Source: an uncultured Gemmatimonadales bacterium (GTDB taxonomy: Bacteria > Gemmatimonadota > Gemmatimonadetes > Gemmatimonadales > GWC2-71-9). Taken from it: a DNA stretch of 64,000 nucleotides. The stretch lies in the NCBI GenBank assembly GCA_963821525.1, contig CAWGED010000005.1, positions 800,001 to 864,000 on the forward strand. Reading direction: 5' to 3'. The notes under the pieces were generated by a model. That model searched no databases, was not told the DNA's origin, and worked only from the letters and a program-made list of their open reading frames with translations. Each line of letters begins with the position of its first letter. Within the stretch, counting starts at the first letter, position 1. This document shows positions 52,699 through 64,000 of the stretch, one piece after another. The translations under genes and the position numbers were made by a program.

Positions 52699-54253
52699 AT
52701 GAACATCCCCGTCCTCTCCCCCCAACAATCCGCCGAGTGGGACCGCCGGGCCGAGGCCTCCGGCAGCGATCTCGCGAGTCTCATGGAGACCGCGGGCCGC
52801 GCCGTCGCGGGCATCATCGCGTCCCGCTTCCCGGGACCGGTGGCCAACGGTGTCCTCGTCGCGGCGGGACTCGGCAATAACGGTGGAGATGGCTGGGTCG
52901 TTGCCCGGGCACTGCATCGCGTAGACGTACCGGTCTGGGTGGCACCGCTCTCCGGCAACCAATCGGGCCTCGCGCGACACATGGCTGTCGTGGCGCAGTC
53001 AGAGGGCGTACGGGTGGTGAGCCCTGATGGGCCCTGGCCCAATGTAGGTCTCCTGGTCGATGCGATCCTGGGGACCGGCGCCAAGGGTCCGTTGCGCGAT
53101 GCTGCGGCGGCGCTGGTGGATCGGATCAATGACCTGACATTGCCGGTCGCGGCGATCGACGGGCCGACCGGGAGTCGATCTCGAGACCGGGGCGAGTCAC
53201 GGTTCCGCGGTGCGCGCCGCTGTCTCGATCACCTTCGGCGGATTGCGTCGAGGCCATCTCCTCGCTCGGGACGAGGTCGGCGACGTGGTAGTGGTAGACA
53301 TCGGGCATCCGGCTCCCGATCCCGCCTGGCCCAGCATGGTGACCGACGCCGACTCGGCGCGCGCGATCGACCGCTTCGAATCGCGCGCCCACAAGGGCAC
53401 CCGCGGCCATGTCGTGGTAATCGGTGGAGACGCCGGCATGAGCGGCGCACTGCGCCTCTCCTGTCGCGCCGCCTTCGCGGCCGGAGCGGGCCTGGTGCAC
53501 GCGGTGGCTCCCGACGCCACGATTGATACCCTTGTGGTTGCCGAACCCGATTTGCAGACCCTCCGACACGAATTCACTTCGGAACTCAAGCCCGGGCTCG
53601 GTGAACTCCTGGCGCGCTCCGACGTCCTTGTGATGGGGCCGGGATTGGGTCGCGGTGATGGACGGCTCGATTTTGTCCTCGCCGCGGCGGGCAAGGCCCG
53701 GGCGGTGGTACTCGATGCCGATGCACTCAACGCCTTTCAGGGAGAGGCCCGTCATCTTCGCAAACTGGCCAAGGAGCGAGAGGTAGTGCTCACTCCTCAT
53801 CCCGGTGAATTCCGCCGGCTGTTCCCGGAGCACAGTGACGGGCTGGAGCTCGACCCGTGGCGCGCGGCGCAGGAAGCGGCTCACTCATCGGGATGCACGG
53901 TGCTGCTCAAGGGTGTGCCGTCGGTAGTCGCCACGTCCAACGGAACTCTGGCAACAGTAGCCGCGGGAAATCCTGGGCTCGCCACTGGCGGAAGCGGCGA
54001 CGTGCTCAGCGGCATCATCGGCGGTTTCCTGGCCCAGCAGTACGACACTCCGGTCGCCACCTGCCTCGGCGCACAAGTGCTTGGTCGCGCCGCCGACTTG
54101 GCCGCTCGCCGCACGACTGCTCGAGGGCTCCGGCCAATGGACGTGATCGGCGCGCTTCCCGACCTCTGGCGAACCTGGGAAGCGCAGCGCGCGGTACGGC
54201 CGGCACCGAAGCCGCCGATTCTTTTCGAGTTGGAGAGTCCACAGAGGTGGTGA
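52699..54253 (+). CDS. nnr: Bifunctional NAD(P)HX epimerase/dehydratase (frameshift near 53172)
   Basis: LMETAG, GNNGGDG, DAILGTG, HKG, DADALN, TPHPGEF and GGSGDVLSG. Confidence 0.92.
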
Positions 54254-54254
54254 T

Positions 54255-54417
54255 GCGACGGACGGGGCGGACAAGACGGACAGGGCGGTCGGCGACTTCG
54301 CGGCGGTCGGGACGAACGGGGCGGACGGGTCGGTCGTTGTCTAGGTGCGCCTGTCCGCCCTGTCCGCCCTGATCGTCTTGTCCGTCCTGATCGCCTTCCC
54401 GTCCGCCCTCCCGTCCC
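54255..54417. repeat. Inverted nonamer arrays (GGCGGACAG)n/(CTGTCCGCC)n overlapping the next gene's start
   Basis: gacggacggggcggacaagacggacagggcggtc ... ctgtccgccctgtccgccctgatcgtcttgtccgtcc. Confidence 0.75.
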
Positions 54418-55928
54418 AGACTCGCGACTGGTCCCCAAAAGATCGGACCATTCTCGGCGATTTCACCCGGATCAACGCCGTCGCCTCATCGATCGATCGG
54501 GTCTATGCGGCGGCTCCGACCGCACTCCTGATCTACGATCCCCAGTTCAAACAATGGCACGGCCCCTTTACCCCTCGGGATCCGGGGACGCTGGACCGGG
54601 TCTTTGCGGGGCTGGCGGATCCTCTCGACAACTCACTTTGGTTGGCACGTCCCGACGGGTGGGTGCACTACACCCCTGAGCTGGATCTGTGGGAACGCGG
54701 CATCGCACCAAATACGGTGCAGGAAATCGCCTTCGATGCCGACCAGCCGGCGCTCGGTCTCTTGCTGCGTACGCAGGGTGGCTGGTTCAATGTTCCTCGA
54801 GGTGGCGTTTCGGCCGTCCCGATCAATCCGCCTCGCCGCCTGATACGGCCGGCAACCTCCAACGATGCGATCCGCTCGAATCCCGCCTTGCAGGCGAACA
54901 GCAGCGCGATTCTCCTGAACGGGCGCCTGCGGACCGCTCGCTATACCTCGGCAGCCAAAGCGCTCGGGCTTCCCGGCTGGTACCTCGGCACGACCGGAGT
55001 CGGGCTGCTGTTTCTTCCCGAGGGGGCGGCAATGCCCGAACGCCTCTCCTTCGGTCTTCCGGGAGAGGATGTGGGCGCACTGTTCCCCGCACCAGGCGGA
55101 GTATGGATTATCACGCAGCGCACACCCAACCAGGATGCCGCGGTCAGCTTCGTCTCCAACGAGCTGACGCAGTTCCACTGGATCGAAGGCCCTCGGGCCA
55201 CCGGGTTCCCCTTTAACAAGGCGCACCGCCTGGTCGGGAATCAGAAAGATCTCTGGGCGGCAACTGATGTGGGCTTGATGCGGCTCAATCCCGAGTCGGA
55301 AGAGATGGATCTGTACGACGAAGGAGCGGGACTTCCCAATCGCACGGTCACCGATCTCGCGGTGCGTCGGGGGCGTATCGCGATAGCCACGCTCAATGGT
55401 GTCGTATCCCTGGGAGACTCGTTGAAGATCCAGCCGGTCGCCCCTTCGTTCACCGACGCGGCGCTCGCTGTGGCGTTTGAAGGCGACACCATCTGGGTTG
55501 GCACCGAAGCCGGCTTGGCGGTTGCACTGCCGGGACAGGGGAATCTGATGCAGCCCATAGGGCTCAAGCAGAGTCCCGCCTTTCAGGCCCCGGTGGTAGA
55601 CATCGAATGGGCCGCGGATACCCTCGTCGCACTCACCACCGAGCGCATGCTCTGGCGCGATACCCGTTCCGACACCTGGACGCTGGGCCCCGTGTTGTCG
55701 GCGCAGGTAGGCCGGCTCCATACCTTTGTTCGTTATCACGCCGGATTTTTCGTGGCGGGAGAGCGGGGATTCGGTTACGCTGCGCTCAATACTCAGATCG
55801 TCCGGCCGATCCTGACGCCTGGAGATCTGCCGGGTCCGGTGACCAGCATCGCGGTGGATGAGGGTTATCTCTGGGTCGGTACCCGGCGCGGGCTGGTCCG
55901 CTTCAGTCTCGACGCCATCGGACCATGA
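54345..55928 (+). CDS. Secreted beta-propeller-like hypothetical protein
   Basis: Signal peptide; repeated LW(A/V)xT..GL blades. Confidence 0.7.
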   Translation: MRLSALSALIVLSVLIAFPSALPSQTRDWSPKDRTILGDFTRINAVASSIDRVYAAAPTALLIYDPQFKQWHGPFTPRDPGTLDRVFAGLADPLDNSLWLARPDGWVHYTPELDLWERGIAPNTVQEIAFDADQPALGLLLRTQGGWFNVPRGGVSAVPINPPRRLIRPATSNDAIRSNPALQANSSAILLNGRLRTARYTSAAKALGLPGWYLGTTGVGLLFLPEGAAMPERLSFGLPGEDVGALFPAPGGVWIITQRTPNQDAAVSFVSNELTQFHWIEGPRATGFPFNKAHRLVGNQKDLWAATDVGLMRLNPESEEMDLYDEGAGLPNRTVTDLAVRRGRIAIATLNGVVSLGDSLKIQPVAPSFTDAALAVAFEGDTIWVGTEAGLAVALPGQGNLMQPIGLKQSPAFQAPVVDIEWAADTLVALTTERMLWRDTRSDTWTLGPVLSAQVGRLHTFVRYHAGFFVAGERGFGYAALNTQIVRPILTPGDLPGPVTSIAVDEGYLWVGTRRGLVRFSLDAIGP

Positions 55929-55950
55929 ATCACCCCTTCCAAGCTGCCTG

Positions 55951-56907
55951 ATGGAGCTAGGCCCGGGCCCCGAGTTCGACCGGATCCGGCGCATCGCCCA
56001 GCGACTCGGCTCCCGTGCGGCTCCGCTGGGAGACGATTGCGCCCTGCTCCGCATCGGGAACTCGACACTCGCCTTCAGCACCGATCTTTCGCTTGAGGAC
56101 GTCCATTTCCGACGCTCCTGGCTCTCGGCTCAGGAGATCGGCTGGCGGGCCACCGCGGCAGCGCTTTCGGATCTCGCGGCCGAAGGGGCCACACCGATCG
56201 GCGTGCTCGCCAGCATCGGGGTGCCGGCCCGAGACTCGGGCGAACCGCTCCAACAATTGATGGACGGAGTAGGAGAGGCCGCGGCATCGGTCGGCGCCCA
56301 GGTGCTGGGTGGCGATCTCGCTCAGGCCGAGAGTTGGATCGTGAATCTCACCGTGATTGGATCCGCCGAGCGTCCAGTGCAGCGCTCCGGGGGAATGCCG
56401 GGGGACAACGTCTGGGTGACCGGAGTTCTTGGTGGCGCTCGTGCGGCGCTCGAACGCTGGCTTGCTGGAGCGGAGCCCGACAGTGCGGCGCGCCAGTCGT
56501 TCGCTCATCCCACTCCGCGGATCGCGGCTGGCCGCGGTCTCGCCGAGCGGGGCGCGCACGCCATGATTGATCTGAGCGACGGCCTGGCCGGGGACGCGGG
56601 CCATCTTGCTGCCGCCTCGGTCTGCGCCATCGCGATAGACCTTGGAACGCTTCCGATTCATTCGTCGGTGACCGAAGCGGCCCGCCTCGCCGGAATTCCG
56701 CCAGAGCGTTACGCCGCCTTGGGTGGTGAAGACTACGAGCTTCTGGTAGCCATGCCGCCCGAGTTCGCTGAGCGAGAGGCGCAATCGCTCGGCATCGAGT
56801 GCGGTGTCGCACTCACCCGGATCGGGACTCTTGCTGCGGGGCAGGGAGCCAGCTTCTGGAGCGGCGGGACACTGGTCGAGCTCGCGGGGTTCAGCCATTT
56901 CGCATGA
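55951..56907 (+). CDS. thiL: Thiamine-monophosphate kinase
   Basis: GDDCA, SDLAA.GA, DLSDGL and GGEDYELL. Confidence 0.93.
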   Translation: MELGPGPEFDRIRRIAQRLGSRAAPLGDDCALLRIGNSTLAFSTDLSLEDVHFRRSWLSAQEIGWRATAAALSDLAAEGATPIGVLASIGVPARDSGEPLQQLMDGVGEAAASVGAQVLGGDLAQAESWIVNLTVIGSAERPVQRSGGMPGDNVWVTGVLGGARAALERWLAGAEPDSAARQSFAHPTPRIAAGRGLAERGAHAMIDLSDGLAGDAGHLAAASVCAIAIDLGTLPIHSSVTEAARLAGIPPERYAALGGEDYELLVAMPPEFAEREAQSLGIECGVALTRIGTLAAGQGASFWSGGTLVELAGFSHFA

Positions 56908-57620
56908 TCGCGGCCGTCCGGCTGGTAGTCACCGTCCTCCTGGCGACGTTCTGGTACGGCAACAAGCTCGTCTTGGCAGCCTGTTCCGTGATGCGATACC
57001 GGCGAGGTGGGGTGTACGACGACGGTTCCTCGGGGATACGGTCGGTTCCTGCTGCGGGCCAACCGTCTCTCTGTCAGCCTGGTCCATGCCGAACGGCTGA
57101 ATGGCATGCAACCCTGCGTCTACGTCGCCAATCATTCGTCGTGGCTCGACCCGCTGGCAGTGGTCGATGTCCTGCCGGATTCGGTGCGATTCACTCCCAA
57201 GATCGAGCTGATGCGGGTCCCCCTGTTCGGCGATGCCCTCAAGGCTGGCAAGCACCCCGCCATCGACCGGCACAACCGTGCTTCGGCGGTCGCGGCTTAC
57301 GAAAAAGCCGCCGCCATGATCCGCGAAGGCATCTCCGCGATCGTCTTCCCTGAAGGCACCCGAAGCCACGACGGAAATCTGCAGGAGTTCAAGAAGGGGC
57401 CTTTCGTCCTCGCCATAGTCGCCCAGGTCCCGGTGGTGCCGCTCTGGATCGCTGGTGCCCGGGAGGCGCTGCCTCGGGGCACACTCCGGCTCCGTCCCGG
57501 CCCGATCGAAGTGCGGGTAGGGCCATCCATCCCAACCGTCGGGCTCAGCTACGAGGATCGGGATGAGGTGTTGAAACGTTGTCGGAATGCGATGGTGGAG
57601 CTGGGTGAGGAACCAGAAGC

Positions 57621-57624
<4 letters not shown>
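56904..57624 (+). CDS. plsC: 1-acyl-sn-glycerol-3-phosphate acyltransferase family protein (frameshift near 57025)
   Basis: NHSSWLD, FPEGTRS and FKKG. Confidence 0.85.
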
Positions 57625-59393
<1,769 letters not shown>

Positions 59394-59468
59394 GGGTGGT
59401 CAATACGATTGGCGCCCGGTAGGGAGTGGGGAGACGGAACGCCGTGACGCAGGACGTCAGAATTGTTT

Positions 59469-59530
59469 GTACTAGGTACTCGGTACTAGGTACTCGGTAC
59501 TCGGATACTCGGTACCAGGTACCAGGTACT
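59469..59530. repeat. Heptamer tandem (GTACTMG/GTACCAG)n, partly self-complementary
   Basis: gtactaggtactcggtactaggtactcggtactcggatactcggtaccaggtaccaggtact. Confidence 0.85.
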
Positions 59531-59537
59531 GTTTGTT

Positions 59538-59611
59538 GGCAGGGTAGCTCAGGTGGTTAGAGCACGGCACTCATAATGCCGGGGTCGCGGGTTCGAGTCC
59601 CGCCCCTGCTA
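59538..59611 (+). tRNA. tRNA with CAT anticodon (probably elongator Met; Ile2 not excluded)
   Basis: GGCAGGGTAGCTCAG...CGGCACTCATAATGCCG...GGTTCGAGTCCCGCCCCTGCTA; lacks the initiator GGG/CCC anticodon stem. Confidence 0.92.
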
Positions 59612-59616
59612 CTTCC

Positions 59617-59658
59617 GAAGTCCCGTCATCCCCAAGTGGATGCGGGACTTTCTTCTTG
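59617..59658 (+). terminator. Terminator after the tRNA
   Basis: AAGTCCCG(T)CATCC/GGATGCGGGACTT stem plus TCTTCTT. Confidence 0.7.
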
Positions 59659-59757
59659 TACGTCGGCGTCAGCTGAACTCGGGATGCCACCACCGGAGGC
59701 ACCACAGCGACCCAAATGCTTGCGAGCCGTCCTCCGGTCACTTCCTTCGTTTGTCTA

Positions 59758-61135
59758 TCAGAACGCCAGCCAGGCGAACGCGAACAGCGTGTTGTTCCCC
59801 GCCGCACTCCTGCCGGACCCGTCGTAGTCCGTCTTCCCGCCGTTGAAGTTGGAATACGCGGTGTACTGGAGTCCCAACCGCGTGTTCTCCCAAGGGTTCA
59901 GGTCGACTTCCCCGACGAACCCGTCGGTCTTGGGGCTCCCGTTGGCGCTGCCGTCCACGGGGTCGGGCGCGTACAGCCCGGCGTCGCTGGTGCCCTGGGT
60001 ATCGAAGTACCCGCCGCTCAGGCCGATCCACTGCTTCGGATACCAGCTCGCGTTGAACCGCAGGACCTTGAGCGTGTTCGTCACGTTGTCCGATCCGCCG
60101 GCCGCAGCGGTCGCATCCAGCGTCTGGTCTTCGTGCACATACGAGCCCCGCAGCACGATGTTCCCGCTGCCCGCCGCGGTCTCGAACTGCGCGTCGACGC
60201 CCACGTCGCTGTAGGTGTCACGCGGGCCGCTCAGCACGTCGGGGAACAGGCTCCCGTGCAGGCCGAAGGTGCCGATCATCAGGTAGCGGTGCTCCCACTC
60301 CTGCTGGAGCGCGAGCCGCCAGTACGGGGCCACGCCGTCGATCGCCCCGGTTGCCGAGGTGGGTGCGGCCGAGCCCTGCAGGGCGGAGCGATAGACCGAA
60401 AACTCGCCGTACACATGGTTCGCCAGCATCGCATACCCGCCGAGTCCGAGGACGTTCTGCGCCAGCCCCTCGTCGATCAGCGTGCCGGCCGCACCGCTCG
60501 GGCGCGGCATCCGAGCCGATGAACGGGTAGCCCCACACCGGCGTCGTGTTCCATAGATCCTGCACCGAGGGGCTGTTGTTGAGCGTCGCCCCGTAGGCCA
60601 GCTCGGCGTTGCCGATCGACGTCTTGTTGGCGAACCGGATATCCACGTTGTCGATCCCGAACGCGCCATCGGCGCCCGAGTAGGTGAACTGTGAGAACAG
60701 TCCCATCTGCGAGCTGATGCGTCCCGCGAGAAAACCGCTCAGCTCCTGGGGCAACGCCGCGGCGCCGTTCTGCGTGTCGGGCAGGTCGTCCTTGGTGCGG
60801 GTAACGCCCGCGGTCACCATCGCGGCGAGCAGCGAGACGGGCGACAGGCTCAGCTTGCCACCGTTGGTCGAGTCCTTCTCGGTCAGCGGGACCAGGTTGG
60901 TGAGCGTGTATCCGTTGAGCTTGAACTTGCGGCCGAACGGCGTCAGCGTGAGGAACTGATAGTGACAGGCGCTGCACGCGAGCCCCGTCTGGCGGGCGAA
61001 GCTGGGAAGGCTGAGGTGAGCGCCGTTGTGCGCCGCCACGTAGGCGCGGGCGAGATCGCCGAGATCGTCGGTCGCGGACAGCGGGGAAGCGAGTGTGCAG
61101 AGAAGCAGGAGTACCGACCAACGCTTCACAGGCAT
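59758..61135 (-). CDS. Cyc2-like fused monoheme cytochrome c-porin (frameshift near 60500)
   Basis: Signal peptide, LPSFARQTGLACSACH...LTPFGRKFKLNGY, beta-strand-rich body and C-terminal aromatic WLAF. Confidence 0.82.
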
Positions 61136-61319
61136 GGGAACCGCCGAGGTGGTAGGTCCTCCACGGTTGGAGCATGCCGATGAAGCGAGCATGAAGGTTC
61201 CTTGAAGTTTTGTTCGGGGACAATCTGTCCGCGCCGGCCTCTTGTCTCCCCGTCCGAGGCAGTGCAAGTATCTAGTCAGTGAGGAAACTCCCGAATCCAA
61301 TCCATTCCCGAGGCGCCCA

Positions 61320-61715
61320 ATGACCCGAGCACTGCGGCTCCTGCTGGTGAGCGGGGCGTTGTCCCTCGGTGTCCAGCAGGCGTACGCGCAAACCGCCGAT
61401 ACCGCACATGGGCCCGTGCCGGACAGCACGATGCTCACCACGGCGATGGTCGACGCGGGTCGGAAGATCTTTCACGGCAGGGGCACCTGCTTCGGCTGTC
61501 ACGGCGACAAGCTGCAGGGCGGCCCGGTCGCGCCAGCGCTGACCGGTCGGTCGTGGCGGCACATCGACGGCAGCTACTCGGCGATCATCGATCGGGTGGA
61601 CAACGGGCTGGCGGGCACGCTCATGGTGCCGCACCCTGGGGGCATCGAGGAATCGCAGGTGTTCCTCGTTGCGTCCTACGTATACGCGGTGAGCCACGGG
61701 ATGGCCAAGCCCTAA
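61320..61715 (+). CDS. Periplasmic monoheme cytochrome c
   Basis: Signal peptide AYA, GRKIF...CFGCHG, APAL and a distal Met (LMVPH). Confidence 0.88.
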   Translation: MTRALRLLLVSGALSLGVQQAYAQTADTAHGPVPDSTMLTTAMVDAGRKIFHGRGTCFGCHGDKLQGGPVAPALTGRSWRHIDGSYSAIIDRVDNGLAGTLMVPHPGGIEESQVFLVASYVYAVSHGMAKP

Positions 61716-61737
61716 CGTCGTGAGGCAAGGGGGGACG

Positions 61738-62226
61738 ATGAACGTCGCGCGCGCAGCCGTTGCCGGCCTGGTCGGTACCGCGGCCATGACGGCCCTGCTC
61801 CTGGTGGAGCCGTCGATCGGTCTGCCGAAGATCGCGATGGGTCAGGTGCTGAGCACGTCGCTCGGCTTCACGACCGCGCACCTGGCGATCGGCCCGGCGA
61901 TCGGGTGGTGCCTCCACTTCGGGATCGGCATCGTGCTGGCCTTGATCTATGCCGCCGCTTTCGACGGACGCCTTCCCGGACCGCCTGTGGTGCGTGGGGC
62001 GGTCTATGGCGTGATGGTCTTCGTCGTGGCTCAGGTGGTCTTCATGCCGCTGGTCGGCGGGGGCTTCTTCTCACGGGGCGACCTGGAGCTGATCACCGGC
62101 AGCCTGCTCGGCCACCTGCTCTACGGCGGGGTCGTCGGCTGGAGCTATCACGGAAGTCGGGATGACCGACTCATCGCGCATCGCGGACCCGCTGGGGCCG
62201 ACGCTAATCGCCCTGTCCCTCACTGA
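61738..62226 (+). CDS. 4-TM membrane protein with two intramembrane His
   Basis: AGLVGTAAMT, GW.LHF.IG, FMPL and GHLLYG. Confidence 0.75.
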   Translation: MNVARAAVAGLVGTAAMTALLLVEPSIGLPKIAMGQVLSTSLGFTTAHLAIGPAIGWCLHFGIGIVLALIYAAAFDGRLPGPPVVRGAVYGVMVFVVAQVVFMPLVGGGFFSRGDLELITGSLLGHLLYGGVVGWSYHGSRDDRLIAHRGPAGADANRPVPH

Positions 62227-62337
62227 ATGGAAGAACCTCCATGTCTTCGAGGCAGCGATCGGTCCACCGTTCGGAGCTCCATGAATGATGAAGCCGGCAT
62301 GAGAAGACTCACGACCCCGACACCCTGCTATGGTCGC

Positions 62338-62730
62338 TCAGAACGCCGGCAGCAGCGTCCCTACCGCCTGGCGCAATTCCGACACGCTGAACGGCTCCCG
62401 CAGGATTCCCACACCAGGTGGGAGCTCGCGCTCCAATTCCGGGGTCGATCTTCCCCCGTTGGCGAGGTACAGCACCGACACCCACGGTAGCATCGTGCGC
62501 AGCTCGTGGATCAATTCCACCCCGGGCTTGCCCCCGGTTCGGCTGTTGCTGATCACCAGATCACAGACCTTGAGCCCGAAGGCCAGTTCCAGCGCGGACA
62601 AGCCATCGTAGGCCAGGAAGACTGCATGTCCCTCGGCAGTGAGGACCTCGATGATCTCGTTGGCAATGGTACGATCTTCGTCGGCAACGACGATGTAACG
62701 CCCCTCGAAGCCGGGGCGGCGTAGCGACAT
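62338..62730 (-). CDS. Stand-alone atypical receiver domain
   Basis: IVVADED, AYDG.SAL, DLVISN (Asp to Asn) and LREPF (Lys to Glu). Confidence 0.75.
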   Translation of the reverse strand: MSLRRPGFEGRYIVVADEDRTIANEIIEVLTAEGHAVFLAYDGLSALELAFGLKVCDLVISNSRTGGKPGVELIHELRTMLPWVSVLYLANGGRSTPELERELPPGVGILREPFSVSELRQAVGTLLPAF

Positions 62731-63030
62731 CGTTAGCCTTGGACCCGGGGGGACGTCCGGGAGTTGCACGCGGGAAGGACTGCCGACTGAATATACCCGA
62801 TTTCCCGGGGACCGAGGTGCGCTGAGTCGTCAGCTTCTTCCTGAGGAGGGCTTCATGGAGGCGTTATCGCGGCGACGCGCTTCGAAGGGGAACGTGACTC
62901 CCATTCAGGTCGGTGCACTGGCGCGCGACGACTCTGGCCTTCAGAATGTGTGCAGTAACCGGCGCATGGAGGCTCGGGATCTCGCTGGGCGCCGGTTGGG
63001 AACGACTAGTAGTGCATGCCGGAGGGAATC

Positions 63031-64000
63031 ATGCCTTCGCGAATACTCATTCTTCTCGTGCTCCTGATTACGGCCTGCGGGAAGCCGGCGCCGCCCGCCA
63101 GCGAGCAAGCCGGCCGGCAGCCGACTGCCCCGGCCACACCTGCTCCGACGGAGCCTCCCACAGCAATTTCGCACGGCGAAGCGGCCATCGGTCCCCCGCT
63201 CACGGCACCCGACCGGGCAGCTGACGCTCCACCACCTTCGAAGCAGCGGCATCAGCAGATCCGGTTCGTCACGGCCCACGTGCGTCACGAGGTCGCGCCC
63301 GGAGTGGTCTACGACGCCTGGACCTTCGACTCGATGGTCCCGGGGCCAACGCTTCGCTTGCGGGTCGGTGATACCCTGGACTTCACCCTCGTCAATGGGG
63401 CCATCATGCCCCACTCGATGGATTTCCACGCCGCCGAGATCGCACCGGACAAGGCATACCGGAACGTGATGCCGGGAGACAGCATTCATTTCCGGTTTGT
63501 GGCCCGGGTACCCGGTGCATTCATGTATCACTGCGGCACCGCTCCAGTCGCGGCCCACATCAGTAACGGGATGTATGGTGCGTTGATCGTCGATCCTCGC
63601 ACCCCTCGACCTCCGGCCCAGGAATTCGTGTTCGTGCAGAGCGAGTTCTACATGGGGCCGCCGGCCGGTAAGGACTCGGTTCGCAGCATGGACTGGGAGA
63701 AGCTGCTCAACGCCTCGCCCGATTATGTCGTGTTCAATGGTGTCGCTTCGCGGTATGCGACGCATCCCATTCCCGTGGCGGAGCACAAGCCGATCCGGCT
63801 GTATGTCGTCAACGCCGGGCCCAACCGGATCAGCTCCTTCCACGTGGTCGGCGCAATCTTCGACAAGGTGATTGCCGACGGCTTCGGACGGCCGTTCGAC
63901 GGGATGCAGACCTGGAATGTCCCGGTGGGGGGTGGCGCCATCTTCGAGCTCCGGCTGGCAGAGCCCGGTTTGTACCCCTTCGTCACCCATGCCTTTGCCG
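63031..64000 (+). CDS. nirK: Copper nitrite reductase (NirK/AniA-like) lipoprotein, 3'-partial
   Basis: Read directly, as it is absent from the ORF track (no stop in window). Lipobox ITAC, VPGPTLR, HSMDFH, YHCGT...H..NGM (type-1 Cu), SSFHVVG and YPFVTH. Confidence 0.8.
   Translation, partial: MPSRILILLVLLITACGKPAPPASEQAGRQPTAPATPAPTEPPTAISHGEAAIGPPLTAPDRAADAPPPSKQRHQQIRFVTAHVRHEVAPGVVYDAWTFDSMVPGPTLRLRVGDTLDFTLVNGAIMPHSMDFHAAEIAPDKAYRNVMPGDSIHFRFVARVPGAFMYHCGTAPVAAHISNGMYGALIVDPRTPRPPAQEFVFVQSEFYMGPPAGKDSVRSMDWEKLLNASPDYVVFNGVASRYATHPIPVAEHKPIRLYVVNAGPNRISSFHVVGAIFDKVIADGFGRPFDGMQTWNVPVGGGAIFELRLAEPGLYPFVTHAFA

Noticed and set aside
59469..59530. CRISPR array interpretation of the tandem repeats
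   Set aside because: Units are 7-9 bp with no unique spacers and there are no cas genes.
62780..63030. FNR/DNR box upstream of nirK
   Set aside because: No TTGAT-N4-ATCAA match; only a weak GTGA-N6-TTCA resemblance.

Overview
GC-rich bacterial chromosome segment, probably Gemmatimonadota (inferred from gene content and order, not verified). More than 20 single-base frameshifts, including in essential genes, suggest an uncorrected long-read assembly. The core backbone comprises a JAB-DinG helicase, gltX, purH/purN, selA, valS, thrS, thiolase/hbd/Leu dehydrogenase, rpiB, glyA, nnr, thiL, eno, ftsB and three tRNAs (Ser-GCT, Ser-TGA, CAT). Accessory blocks are: (i) about 18 kb between the two tRNA-Ser genes, carrying a SAM-II-riboswitch-controlled metB, a sulfatase/FGE pair and a 7-gene lipid-chemistry operon of unknown function (Cys-nucleophile hydrolase, acetoacetate-decarboxylase-like protein, two membrane proteins, patatin fusion, membrane metallophosphoesterase, GMC oxidase); (ii) an ECF sigma/anti-sigma locus with three matching promoters; (iii) downstream of tRNA-CAT, a Cyc2-like cytochrome-porin, a monoheme cytochrome c, a pseudo-receiver and a NirK-like copper nitrite reductase. 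The window is also rich in palindromic repeats: a GIY-YIG nuclease flanked by inverted repeats with a gene-less relative, an 89-bp insert in valS with an 8-bp direct repeat, many heptamer inverted tandem arrays, and 8/9-mer arrays that invade coding sequence and form signal peptides.
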